Below are positions 1 through 12,546 of a stretch of 64,000 bases of DNA, piece by piece (the first letter of the stretch is position 1; every line of letters starts with the position of its first letter). Both the position numbers and the translations under genes were made by a program. The DNA lies in assembly GCA_043228905.1 (NCBI GenBank), contig JBHGNT010000013.1:10912001-10976000 (forward strand), read 5' to 3'. Source of the DNA: Azolla caroliniana (lineage: Eukaryota; Plantae; Polypodiophyta). The notes beneath the pieces were generated by a model. That model was not told the DNA's origin, ran no database searches, and saw only the letters and a program-made list of their open reading frames with translations.

Positions 1-2565
1 CGGTCGGTTCGATGCTGAAGCTACTACATGGGTAACATCCGAAACAGAGTTATGAAATTCAGCAAAGGAAGCTTGATCGTGGCTCAAGCTCTAAAGATCA
101 ATACGATGTATTTGATTCATGCCCGGATATGCCAGGAAGAAGTGAATGTGGTATCCAACACTGCCAGTGAGCTGTGGCACAAGAGGTTGTGCCACATGAG
201 CCAGAAGGGAATGCGGAAACTTGCTGAAGATAACCTCATTCCGGAGGTGAAAGACGTGCAACTTGAGAAGCGCACCGATTGTTTGGGTGGCAAGCAGAAC
301 CAAACCTCTTTCCGGTCGAGACCACCGTCAAGACAAGAAGAACCACTAGAGCTTGTGCATACCGATGTATGCTAGATGTACACGAAGTCACATGTTGGGT
401 CACAATACTTTGTAACATTTATTGATGACCATAGTCGGAAGCTGAGGGTCTCACAATTGAAGACGAAGGATCAGGTACTGATCGTCTTCAAGGAGCTCCA
501 TGCAAGAGTGGAAAGAGAAACCAGCTTGAAGCTAAAGGCGGTTTGAGCCGGCAACGGTGGAGAGTACCGGAGGCAGTTCGAGGAGTACTGCCAGTCAAAA
601 GGAATTTGGCTCAAATTTACCATGTTGAAGACACTGGAGTTGAACAGATTGGCCGAAAGGATGAACTAGACTGTGATGGAGAGAGTCTGGAGTATGCTGG
701 CACATGCTAAGTTGTCGAAGACATTTTGGGGTGAGGCGTTGATGATGACAATCTACGTAATAAATCGATCACCCTCAGCACCCTTGGACGGAGACACACC
801 ACAGAGAGTATGGATTGTTAAAGACGTTTCTTATCTGCATCTAAAGGTATTTGGTTGTCTCGCCTACGTGTAGGTAGCGAAGGACAAGAGAGAAACATTG
901 GACTTGAAATCCCGACCGTGCATATTCCTTGGATACGACGATGATGAGGTCCGCTATGAGTGTAGGACTTGGTTGACAAGAAGGTTTCCCGGAGTCGAGA
1001 CATAGTCTTCATGGAAGGCAAGACCGTTGCCGACAGGGAGTCGGAGAAGAAGATAGTGGACTTCGGGTCAACCAACAGAGATTAGTTGGAAGATACTAGG
1101 CTACATTCAGTTGGAAGCCAGATGATGAACCAGCCAGATTCTCACAAAGAACTGAATCGACCGAATAAGAAGAATCAGACACCGAAACTGGACAAGACCC
1201 TGAATAAGATTCGGATGAAGAACAGATGGAGGAACCGGTCGTCGAAAACCAAGGACGGAGATAGCCTAAAAGAGAGAGAGCCCCCCACTACCCCCTCCCC
1301 CTGGAGATTTCCAGAAGAAGAGCGAATACTGGTGACTGAAGAGGGGGAGCCGGAAAGCTTTGAAGAAGCAATGAGGGACGCCCACAGTCGAAAGTGGTTA
1401 AGTGCCATTCATGATGAGATGGATTCCCTGCATGAGAACCACACATATGAATTGATGGAGCTACCGAAAGGAAAGAGAGCACTTTGGAACAAGTGGGTGT
1501 ACAAGCTGAAACCAGGAGACGCCAGAAATCCACTAAGATGCAAAGCCCGCATTGTGGTGAAGGGCTTCCAATAGAAGGGGTGGACTTCGACGAGATCTTT
1601 GCTCTGGTAGTCAAGATGACGTCCATCCGGACTGTGCTGAGCATAGCGGTGAGCATGGACATCGAGGTCGAACAACTCAATGTTATGATGACGTTCCTTC
1701 ACAAGGACCTCGAGGAGGAGATCTACATGCAACAACTGGAGGGATTTGTCAAGAAAGGGAAGGAGAACCTGGTGTACCGGTTGATGAAGAGCTTATACGG
1801 ATTGAATCAAGCTCCCTCACAATGGTACCGGAAGTTCAACTCCTTCATGACCGACCAAGGCTACCACAAGACGCAGGCGACCACTACGTGTTCGTGAAGA
1901 ATTTCGACAGAGGCAATTCCTGATACTTCTGCTATATGTGGATGACATGCTAATCGTTAGACTAGACCGAATCAAAATTGGGAATCTGAAGAAGGCCTTG
2001 AACCGGACCTTCTCAATGAAAGATCTGGGTTCGGCAAGACAGATATTGGGGATGCATATAATATGGGATAGGATGAAGAAGCAGTTGTCATTGTCACAGG
2101 AGAAGTACGTGACAAAGGTGCTCCAAAGGTTCAACATGTCAGACGCGAAGCCAGTCAGATCGACACTTTTGGCAAATTGCAAGCTTTCCGGGAAACAAAG
2201 CCCAAAGAACAAGACGGAGAAGTCGGAGATGATGAAGATACCATATGCCTCTACTGTCAGAAGCTTAATGTACGCAATGGTGTGCATACGACCGGATATC
2301 GGATATGCAGTTGACGTGGTCATCCGGTTCATGATCAATCCGGGAAATGACCACTGGGTAGCCGTCAAGTGGATGTTTTGGTACCTGAAAGGCACCACGA
2401 GTATGTGCCCCCGATTCGGCTCCAGTAAACCCCTATTGGAAGGCTTCACCGATTCGGATATGTCAGCTGATGCAGATACCAACCGGTCTACATCCGGATA
2501 TGTCATGACATATGTAGGGGGAGCTGTATCGTGGCAGTCAAGTCTGCAGAAGTTCGTTGTATTGT

Positions 2566-3002
2566 TGTTGAGCGGCAAGCTCAACCGGAGCCGGATCGGC
2601 TGAATAGGCCGGAGCCGGTAAGCGAGACGGATCGGGCGAAACGGATCGGTATGACGGTGAGCAACCGAACCGGCAAGCAGTGGAGGCCGGGTGCAATCCG
2701 TAATCGGCAGTCCAATCGGAAGCCTAGTATAGGATAGACTACTAGGTAGCTATAGTCTTGTAGTAAGTGTTAGATGCTCCTGTGAGCATTGAAGTACATG
2801 GTACTTCTGTCAGTCCCAAGAGGACTTGTATAAATAGTGCTACTTAGCACAATGTGTAGGGAGTGAGTCTTGATATAATTTTGAAATTGTGTTCTGCTCT
2901 CTCTGTCTCTCTCGCTCTCTCTGTCTCTCTGTCTCTCTCTCTCTCTCTCTGTCTCTCTCTGTTGTTCTCTGTTTTACGCTTCCGCAAACACTTACGTTTA
3001 CA
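2566..3002 (+). repeat. 5' LTR of Copia-1
   Basis: TGTTGAGCGG...GTTTACA. Direct repeat of 8089-8509 with roughly a dozen substitutions plus a CT-microsatellite length difference. Contains TATAAATA near 2829. Confidence 0.96.
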
Positions 3003-3013
3003 TGGTATCAGAG
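3003..3013 (+). promoter_or_regulatory. Primer-binding site (initiator tRNA-Met) of Copia-1
   Basis: TGGTATCAGAG immediately after the LTR CA end; the canonical plant copia PBS. Confidence 0.93.
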
Positions 3014-3096
3014 TGCGAGGGTTGAGAACCTCTGCTGCAGACATTTACTCTTGAGAAGAAAACCCTAACAGGTCGAAAACAGACACAATAGAAGAC

Positions 3097-6000
3097 ATGG
3101 ATAGAGGCATGGCTATGTCGCTCCCAGTGGAGAAGCTCGACAGGAGCAACTACGCATCCTGGTCTTACAAGATGCACCAGTACCTGCTTGGACACGGGTA
3201 CTGGAGTTATGTCGAAGGAGCGAATGATGCGGCACCAGACTTAGCACACAAGGACTTCCCGGTATGGGAACAGGCGGCAAGCAGGGTGATGTACTGCTTC
3301 GCGTCCAGTGTCGGCGATCAGCTGCTCAGCCACATCCGTGACACCAAGACACTGAAGGATGCTTGGGGGAACCTGAAAAAGGTTTTCGCCGCAAGCACCA
3401 CTGCCCGGAAGCTGCAACTCAGACAGGAGTTGAGCAATGTTCGACAGAAGAACATGTCCGTGGCAGACTACACGGGCCGGATAAAGGAGATCTGCGACTC
3501 GCTCGCCTCTATCAATGTTACTGTAGCGGAAGACGAGATGGTGCAGGTATGTCTCGGATGCCTGGCGTCCAAGTTCGGAGCGTTCCGGACTGCGGTGTGT
3601 ACAAGGGAGAATACCCCCTCATTCTTTGACTTACAATCGATGCTCCTTATAGAGGAGAACAACGCCGGTGCATCTACCAGTGCATCCCCAGACAACCGAA
3701 TGCTGTACACGGGAACGGATCAGCTCCGTGGGCGTGGTGGAAGAGGTGGGTCGGCACGCAATGGAGGCGGCCGGCAAGAGCAGGAACGGAGGCACTATGA
3801 GCGTGCCGACAGCAGTTCCGGGACTTCCACAAGTAGGGGGAGTCAAGGCGGTGCCGGAGGCCGGCAAGACAAATCCGCTACGAAATGTTGGTACTGTGGC
3901 AAAAAAGGCCACAAATCCGGATCTGGCAAGACCGGTAAGGATGGCCGGCAAAACTCGCACTACGCAAACGGATCAGGAGGATCCGGAACCGGAAAGGCTG
4001 GTAAGGGACCAGCCTTGGTGATGAATCACAAGGCAAACTCAATGAAGAAGACCACTTCCAAAACGGAGGAAGTGTGGTATGTTGATTCCGGAGCATCGAA
4101 CCACATGACGAGCCACAAAGAGTGGTTCTCCTTTCTGGAGAAACCGGATCAACCAGGATTAGTCAAAATTGGAGACGACACTCCTCACCCAATCGTGCAC
4201 GTCGGAGAAGTCCCTCTAAGCCACGTCGGACAGAAAGGGAAGTTGATGAACATGTTACACGTTCCGACGATCACGAAGAACCTGGTGTCCGTCGGTCAGA
4301 TTGTCGACCAAGGGATGCAGGTGCGGTTTATGCACCTCGGGTGCTTCATTGCGGATGAGGGCGAAGTCATTGTGCAAGGGCGCAGAGACAGGAGGATGTT
4401 TATCCTCGACACCAATGACTTTGGCACCGCTCTGTTCGCGAAACGACAGAAGGTCGAGTGAGACATCGACCTGTGGCACAAGCGGATAGGCCACGTCAAC
4501 TACCGGAGGCTTCAAGATCTGCAAACGAAACAAGTCGTTTTCGGTTTGCCGAAGTTCAGCGGCCGGAGAGCCAAAATTTGTGAAGCCTGCCAACTTGGGA
4601 AGCAACACCGGCTTCCATTCCCCACCGAACGGAACCAAAGACGTAACAAGCTCGATCTCATCCATTCGGATGTGTGGGGACCGGCACAAAGTGTAAGCCT
4701 TGGCGGGAGCCGATACTTCGTCTCCTTCATCGATGACTATACTCGGCATACTTGGATCTACCTCATTGAACGGATGAGCGAAGTCTTCGACTGTTTCCGG
4801 AGCCTCCAGAAGATGGTGGAACGGGAATCAGAGAGGAAGATCAAATGCCTTCGGTCGGATGGCGGAAAGGAATATTTTTCCGGCCAATTCACTCGTTATC
4901 TGCAGCAGAAGGGAATTCGGCGAGAGTTCAGCTGCAGATACACACCGGAGCAAAATGGTGTGGCCGAAAGGAAGAACAGGACAGTCGTCGAAGCGGCAAG
5001 GGCAATGCTGGAGGAAAAGAGCATGCCCCGGTTCTACTGGGCGGAGGCGGTCCAGACGGCCGTCTACATACAAAACCGCATCGGTGACAAGGTGTCAGCT
5101 CATGAGCTGTATTTCGGGCGCAAGCCGAACTTAAGACACCTTCGGATATTCGGCAGCATAACGTATGTGCATGTGCCGGATCAGAAGCAGAGAAAGCTGG
5201 ATGCAAAATCGGAAAAATGCATCCTAGTCGGCTATGCTCAAGAGCAAAAGGGGTATAAGTGCTATAAGCCCCGGACGAAGGAAGTCCGAGTTAGCCGGGA
5301 TGTCGAGTTCGACGAATCGGCATCCTGGTACTCCGTACCGACTCCGACTTCCGATCCCGACCCAATGCCCGAAGATCAGGCCAGTGAGCCTGAATCAGCC
5401 CTGGCAGAGGATGATGAAGCCGGGACTCAAGATGAGAGTCCGGAATCGTTACGGTTGAGTGGACCGAACGAGCGACTGAGTCGGTTGGACCAGTCAGATG
5501 AAGAGACGGCAAGTGGTGGAGACTCTGCCGTGCTCTCCCCGCACAAGGAACCGAGGAAACGGTTCACGTGCAGAGAGAAGGGGAAGAGGAATATGCTGGA
5601 ATTCGAAACCGGCAATGATGAGTCGGATCGGTGCGTATCCGACTCCGGAAAAGAAAAAGGCGGATCTTTGGCAACGAAGACCGAACTGGCCAAGAAGGGT
5701 CTCAAATCAGGTGATGGTGCGTTACGCCGATCAACCCGCCAGAAGGATCCCGTCATGCGGTACGGGTACAATGAATACATGGCGCATCATTATGCGTACA
5801 TGACTAAGGTGACCGAAGTGCGTGAGCCGGAGAGCTACGCAGAAGCGGCAAAGGATGGAAATTGGCGTGCCGCTATGGACAAAGAAATGCGGGCACTCGA
5901 TGCCAACGAAACTTGGGACCTAGTTGATCCTCCCCGTCACTGTAAACTGATCGGATGCAAGTGGGTGTACAAGGTCAAGTACAACGCCGACTGTTCTGTT

Positions 6001-7507
6001 AACCGGCACAAAGCCCGGTTAGTGGCGAAGGGATACGCGCAGACCCACGGAATCGACTACGACGAGACCTTCGCTCCTGTGGCGAAGATGACGACGGTTC
6101 GTGTGGTACTGGCGGTTGTTGCGGCAAGGGGGTGGCATCTTCACCAGATGGATGTGAAGAATGCCTTCCTTCAAGGAGAGCTTGAAGAAGAAGTCTTTAT
6201 GACTCAGCCCCCCCAGATTTCAATCGGAGATGAACAAGTCGGCGGTATGCCGACTAAAGAAGTCGCTTTACGGCTTGAAGCAAGCCCCCCGAGCTTGGAA
6301 CGCGAAGATCACGCACCGGTTGCGTAAGCTGGGGTTTGCTGTCTCTAAGTCGGACTCTTCGTTATTCATCCGGCAAGGCTCTGCCGGTCCGGTATGTATA
6401 CTCTTGTATGTGGATGATTTAGTCATCACCGGACCGGGTCTTCCCGAAATCAACCGCGTCAAGTCCCAATTGTTGGACGCATTCGAAATGAAGGACCTGG
6501 GGGACCTTCATTATTTTCTTGGGATCGAAATGATCTGGACCCCCGACGGCATATTGCTCTCACAACGACATTACGTGTTGAATATGCTGTTTAAGTTCGG
6601 CATGACGGATTGCCGACCTGTCTCCACACCCTTGGACCGGAACCAGAAGCTCCGTCCCAACTCCGGACCGGCCTGCAATGAGAAACGGTTCCGACAGGTT
6701 GTCGGAAGCCTGATCTACTTAACCATCACCCGACCCGACATCAACTATCCGGTCGGCATGGTAAGCCAGTTCATGCAGAAGCCGACCATGGAGCACCTTC
6801 AGTGCGCGCAACGAATATTACGGTATGTTAACGGCACTAAGGACTGGGGACTGCTATACCGGAGAGGTATACCCGAAGAGCTCGTTGGTTACACAGATGC
6901 TGACTGGGCCGGCGATGCGTCTGATCGCCGCTCCACTTCCGGTTACATGTTCTCCATAGGTAGCGCGGCCGTTGCGTGGAGCAGCAAGAAGCAGCCCACA
7001 GTGGCTTTGTCAAGCACTGAGGTTGAGTACCGGGCCGCTACCGTTGCCACTTGTGAAGCCATCTGGCTTCGGCGACTGCTGCGAGACTTGCGGATCGAGG
7101 TACCGACCCTGATCCTGATTTACTGCGATAACATGAGCAGCCTGCAGCTCTCCAGGAACCCTGTGTTCCATGCTCGCACAAAGCACATCGAGGTGCACTA
7201 CCACTTCGTGCGTGAGCGGGTCCTGAGCGGTGAAGTTGACCTATGGTATGTTCATACGGATCGACAAGTTGCCGACATCTTCACCAAGCCGCTCGGATCG
7301 GACAAGTTGCAGTACTTTACCGACATGCTTGGTATTGAGCATCTTGATGTGCCGCACTTGAGGGGGAGAAGCAAGGGCAAAGTCTCTACCGAAACGGGCA
7401 AAGGCCAAAAACCTGTTGAACCCGTCGGTAAGAGGAGAGCTGGAAGAGGAAGAGACAAGAAGCTGAAGGAAGCCGAGTCGACGAAGGAAGTCGACACATC
7501 CGAATAG
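3097..7507 (+). pseudogene. gag-pol polyprotein of Copia-1, disrupted
   Basis: ORFs 3097-4461 (gag, WYVDSGASNHMT protease), 4546-6327 (same frame after TGA at 4459-4461; integrase, RT start) and 6230-7507 (after a frameshift in a C-run near 6208-6214; YVDD RT, RNase H). Confidence 0.93.
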
Positions 7508-8088
7508 GTCGGAGCAAGCGGCTGTGAAGAAGAGTTGTGCACTCAGGAAGAGAAGCGCATGCTGTGCGGAGGTCATCACGACGGTACTGACCATGATATA
7601 GAGTCGAATGAAGAATTCGATTTCGGTTCACCGGCTGAAGAAGCCGAGGGAAGCATGCAGAAGGCCAAGACTCGGAAGTGGTCCAATGTGGTGAGAGGCC
7701 TGACGCCGGAAGTCGAATCGGAGTGTACCGATTCGGACAAGAGCTGGAACGAGTCGGAGACAGCTGACTCGGATCAACAGATGGATCCGGATGAGACGGA
7801 TCGACTGAAGGCCAAGGGGACACAGACACAGCAGAAGTCGATGCCATCGTAGGAGAATCGACGGATCGGCAAGCGCCGGAGTCACAGCAACGTGAGTGCT
7901 GAGATGGGCCTATTGAGCAGACATGCCGACCGAGAGGGTCGAGGCGCGCAGAACCAAAGGGGTCTCGGCAAACGGGACCGGACCGAACAAGGAGCGCGAG
8001 CAAGGCGGAGTGACGCCAGGAGAAGTCGGTTGAAACTGCCACAGAGGTCGACACTATGACCCCACCTCAGGTTGAGCTTGAGGGGGAG

Positions 8089-8509
8089 TGTTGAGCGGCA
8101 AGCTCAACCGGAGCCGGATCGGCTAAATAAGCCGGAGCCGGTAAGCGAGACGGATCGGGCGAAACGGATCGGTATGATGGTGAGCAACCGAATCGGCAAG
8201 CAGTGGAGGCCGGGTGCAATCCGTAACCGGCAGTCTAATCGGAAGCCTAGTATAGGATAGACTACTAGGTAGCTATAGTCTCGTAGTAAGTGTCAGATGC
8301 TCGTGTGAGCATTGAAGTACATGGTACTTCTGTCAGTCCCAAGAGGACTTGTATAAATAATGCTACTTAGCACAGTGTGTAGGGAGTGAGTCTTGATATA
8401 ATTTTGAAATTGTGTTCTGCTCTCTCTGTCTCTCTCACTCTGTCTCTCTCTCTCTCTTTCTCTCTCTGTTGTTCTCTGTTTTACGCTTCCGCAAACACTT
8501 TCGTTTACA
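8089..8509 (+). repeat. 3' LTR of Copia-1
   Basis: Follows the PPT; direct repeat of 2566-3002; followed by TSD ATTGT. Confidence 0.96.
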
Positions 8510-8847
8510 ATTGTCGACAACAAAAGCGGAATACATGGCAATAGTAGAAGCCTGCAAGGAAGTAATCTGGATGAAGGAATTCATTGGAGAGCTAGGGATC
8601 CGATAGGAGGAATACTGGCTCTATTGTGACATTCAAAGTGCTATCCACCCTGCGAAGAACACAGCCTACCACTCCTAGACTAAGCACATCCAAAGGAGAT
8701 ATCATTGGATCCGGGAGAAGGTAGAAGATAAAGAATTTTCGCTGACGAAGATCCATATGGACCAAGGTGCTATCAACCGACAAGCTGGACGCGTGCCAGA
8801 GATGGATCAGATTGACAAAGACCCCATACTGGAGTGAAGGGGGAGAT

Positions 8848-9405
8848 TGTTGAGATATCAGTCCCTTTGGATGGGGATCGGAGAAGCCAGAGAAGAATGA
8901 GCCGGATGGATACCCGAAAACCGGATTAGATGGACCCGGAAGGGGTCCGGCCGGATTCGGCATGAACCGTAAAGAGAGACAAAATTTTAAATATGTTTCT
9001 TATGGGCCGTTGAGGCCACATTTGTAAATAGCTCATAAGTTATATAAGTATAAATATAACTTAGGGAAAATATGATAGTATGTTGTTATCATTCTATGTG
9101 AGTTAGTTGTTTTGATATTCAAAGAGAGAGAGAGAGAGAGAGAGAGAAAGTATCTTCTGTTGTAAAACCCGGTAGGAGAGGATAGAGCTCGAGGTTGTTG
9201 CCGCCGAGTCTCCTATTGTGCCCTTCCTCTCTCATAGTGATAGTCGGAGTCTATGAGCTCCCATGGTTTTTCCCGATTATGGTTTTCCACGCTAACATCT
9301 GGTGTCATCTCGGTTTGACAGTGTAAGTGCATTGAGTCTTCTTTGTTCAATCTTCCATTTACATAGTACAGTGGAACTCGGTTGTGGCCGACCACTATTT
9401 CTATA
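8848..9405 (+). repeat. 3' LTR of Copia-H
   Basis: Begins TGTTGAGA just after the PPT; AT-rich TATA region and GA microsatellite; ends where Gypsy-A RNase H coding resumes. Terminal CA not preserved, so the end is approximate. Confidence 0.75.
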
Positions 9406-10434
9406 AGGGTTGACGACAAGGCCGACTAGTCGAGCCGACTTCCTGATTGATCACCCATATGATCCCGGTCGGGCTTGTGTCTACGGTTATGTAGACGGGG
9501 ACCTCCCTGCCGTAGACCGCTTTTCGGAGAGCCGGCGCCGCAGTAAGCGCCTCTTTTAATCTTCGGACCGATTCCGTATGTTCATTACTCCATTCGAATT
9601 TTCTCCCTTTCTTTAGCAACCCGTAGAGCGGTTCTGCGACATGTGCGTAGTGCGAGATCCAAATGTGATAGAACGCGCACACACCCAGGAACCTCCACAC
9701 CTCTGTAACCGACTTGCATTCTTCCTTCATTGCGGAGATGGCCTCTACCTTTGTCGGAGACGGTTTCTGGCCGTAAGGCCCGCATAGGTGACCGACCACA
9801 AGGATCTCTGACTGCCCAAAAGCCAACTTCTCCCCGAAGAGGGTGAGTAACGCACCCTCTAGTCTTTGCAGCACCTTCTCGCAATTGTCAATGTGGTACG
9901 CCATGAATCTTCGGTATCCGTCTGACGTAGCCGTTTCTTCCTTATCCTCCACCGGGCACCCCTTTATCGGTATATCATCCAAAAATGGCATGGTGATGTC
10001 CGGGATGCAATCCCTCAACACCTTGTTCATCGCATTCACCATGTGCGCCACTGACTTTGTCCCTCCTTGTGGCAGGGTACACATCCGCACTAAGCTGAGA
10101 GGTGTCCGCATCATGGTGACATCCCTACTCTCCTCAACTACTTGGAACTGGTCGTACCCCGAGTATAGATCCCTGACCGAATAGATCAACCTCCCGGCGA
10201 AGGCCTCTGCAAACTCCTCGATCATCAGTCCGACTCATGCGTTCTTAATGGTCACTTTATTGATCGGTGTCAAGTCCTGAATGAAGGGTAGTGTGCCATT
10301 CTTCTTCAGCACGGTAAACCACCAATTCAAATACGGGGCATTCGATGGTTCGAGGATGCCCATCTCCACCTTATGCTTCAGCGGCTCTATTTGCTTCGGG
10401 ACGTGAGCTCTGGGTACCGGAATCGGTTTGAGAT
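9406..10434 (-). pseudogene. RT/RNase H fragment of Gypsy-A
   Basis: ORF 9401-10225(-): DLYSGYDQ, RMCTLPQG, PFLDD, FLGVCAFY, DTS. Confidence 0.9.
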
Positions 10435-11725
10435 AGCTTCCGTATAGAAGATTAGGGTTCTTGGCTTCGATAAGATAAGAGAGCTCCCCAAAGAAAAGAA
10501 AAAAAATTTAGATAATATGGAGAGTGAGCCCTAGTGTAGGAAAAAAAATGGAATAAATATCGAGTTCTCCCTTGTTTATAGCCTTTCCACTTTTTGTTGC
10601 ATGGCCTCTACTTTTAGTTGCCTAGCTTTTTCTTTTTGTTGCATGTGACTGTCCACATGATCTTTACTTTTTCCATGCACTCCTTCTTTAGTTGCTTGCG
10701 TCCACATGGCCTTTACTTTAGTTCTCTTCACTTTACTTTAGTTTGTTGCATGATCCAATCTTTCGTCCGTCCGCGTCCAAACTCGTCCGGTAGCCGGTTC
10801 CATTTTGCTTGCCGGTCGGTTCCGGTTATGATTTTGCTTGCCGGCCGGTTCCGGTTCCGGTTTTGCTTGCCGGCCGGTTCTGGTTTGCTTGCCAGTTTCG
10901 GTTCCGGTTTTGCTTGCCGGCCGGTTCCGGTTCCGGTTTTGCTTGCCGACCGGTTCTGGTTTGCTTGCCGGTTTCGGTTTCGGTTTTGCTTGCCGGCGGC
11001 CGGTGCCGGTTTTGCTTACCGGCCGGTTCCGGTTTTGCTTACCGGCCGGTTTCCGGTTTTGCTTGCCAGCCGGTTCCGGTTTTGCTTGCCCGTTCCGGTT
11101 CCGGTTTTGCTTGCCGACCGGTTCCGATTTTGCATACCGGCCGATTTCCGGATTTGCTTACCAGACCCGTTTTCCGGATTTGCTTACCGGCCGATTTCCG
11201 GTTTTAGGGAATTTGGCCACCATCATCCATCAAGACGAAGTGGCCAAAGTGCTCTTAGCACAAATGAAAAATGAGGGAGCTCGGTTCCGGTTTGCTTGCC
11301 GGCCAATTCCGGTTTTGCATACCAGCCGATTTCCAAATTGCATACCGGCCAATTTCCGGATTTGCTTACCGGACCCATTTTCCGGATTTGCTTACCGGCC
11401 GATTTCCGGTTTTAGGGAATTTGGCCACCATCATCCATCAAGACAAAGTGGCCAAAGTGCTCTTAGCACAAATGAAAAATGAGGGAGCTCAAGGTGTTTA
11501 TATCGCCAGGGCCTTAACTTTCCTATTTATGTGGGATAGTTCTAATTTCTCTATCTAATCAAACTTCATTTTCTCATAACTTGATATGTATTTCTCCATT
11601 TTGTATATAGTAAAATACATTTTGAAGCTCTTGAGTATATCCATCTTTCTATAGTAAGCTACTAATCTAATCTATAATAATTATTTCATTATTTTTTTAC
11701 ATAGTGTGTGAAGATTCACACGACA
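10435..11725 (-). mobile_element. Truncated LTR-like insertion in Gypsy-A with internal tandem repeats
   Basis: Gypsy-A coding breaks at GIGHR|TGTCGTGTG (minus-strand TG start at 11725). TATA-like GATATAAAC on minus near 11500. The left junction lacks a CA end and TSD, and host sequence is missing there, implying a deletion. Confidence 0.6.
10790..11490. repeat. CCGG-rich minisatellite (about 19-25 bp unit CCGGTTCCGGTTTTGCTTG) followed by a 208-bp tandem duplication
   Basis: Unit directly visible 10790-11200. Block GGGAATTTGGCCACCATCATCC...GAGGGAGCTC occurs at 11207 and 11415. Confidence 0.9.
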
Positions 11726-12546
11726 CCGGTGTCCTATGCCAGCCGAATTCTGCACACTTGGGTCGGACGTGACCCCCTTTATTCACTCCCTGCTGCCCTC
11801 CGACAAGGGTGCCGCGACTGGCCTCACCTTCCGGTCCACAATCTTGTACTTTGTATCTACGCGGGCTGTCCGACCAGACCCCACCTTTTCCCCAAAGTCA
11901 GCGATGACTTTGTACATTTCCACAGAACTAATTGGAACTGTCTGGTCCTCACTAAGGCCTTCTACGAATACCTTTCGTAGTTCCGCGAAGGTGTCATCAA
12001 AAGAGACCGCCTCCACGACGCCGCTAATGTCTTCATCGAGGGTGAGGACTCCACACGCCTTGAGTCGTTCCTCCGCCCGCTTCCTTTCCCGTCCGCTGAT
12101 GCCGGTTATAGTACAACCTCCATTATCGAAGAACCAAAATGTCCTTCCTATGGTACATGTGTGGGGTTTCTCCATGGTGTCCGGACTATCGTGGCTCCAC
12201 GCCTTGATAGCCCTCTCTAAAAATCCCCTCGGCTATTTCCTCTGAGGGTCTCGCGGTTACGCTCGTGGTTTGCCTGCACGGTTAGGAATTGGATGGAGCA
12301 ACATCCGTCTTGGCTTTTGACGCACACGTACGCGGAACCGTTGTCAAGCGCTTTGGTCTCCATGCGCACCGCCGTGATGTATGGTTCGCCGAGAATCACC
12401 GGGTGTGAGGATGTCTCCTACACGAAGAAGTATTGGTCAATCTTGACATCCCCGATCTTCACGCTTACATTCGGGCACGCCCCGTGCAATTCCTCCGTAG
12501 TGCGTGTCTCCGCGCGTATTTTCTAGCCGTGCTTGGTGTTGATGGG

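Larger units (their letters stand above)
2566..8509 (+). mobile_element. Copia-1: full-length Ty1/copia LTR retrotransposon
   Basis: Two TG...CA LTRs (2566-3002, 8089-8509), perfect 5-bp TSD ATTGT (2561-2565, 8510-8514), PBS TGGTATCAGAG, PPT AGGGGGAG 8081-8088, domain order gag-PR-INT-RT-RH. Confidence 0.97.
1..9405 (+). mobile_element. Copia-H: degraded Ty1/copia LTR retrotransposon (Tork/Tnt1-like), 5' part outside window, interrupted by Copia-1
   Basis: Broken ORFs give GAG-pre-integrase (LWHKRLCHMS), integrase (LELVHTDVC), RT (NKWVYKLK, SLYGLNQAP, YVDDML) and RNase H (GFTDSD, RSTSGY). The frame rejoins across the insertion as VVL|STTKAEY (2565/8515). PPT GAAGGGGGAGA at 8836-8846. Right end approximate. 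Confidence 0.92.

Noticed and set aside
4459-4461. TGA between protease and integrase as programmed readthrough
   Set aside because: It falls inside the GAG-pre-integrase region rather than at a gag/pol boundary, and the copy has another disabling frameshift. A point mutation is simpler.
7241-8054. Antisense ORFs in the Copia-1 3' region
   Set aside because: Similarity to Copia-2 is better explained by the sense-frame Pol extension; antisense frames are not preserved at equal length between the copies.
10618-11558. ORFs with RFRFCLP/GSGFAC repeats
   Set aside because: Translations of a minisatellite open in several frames; no coding signature.
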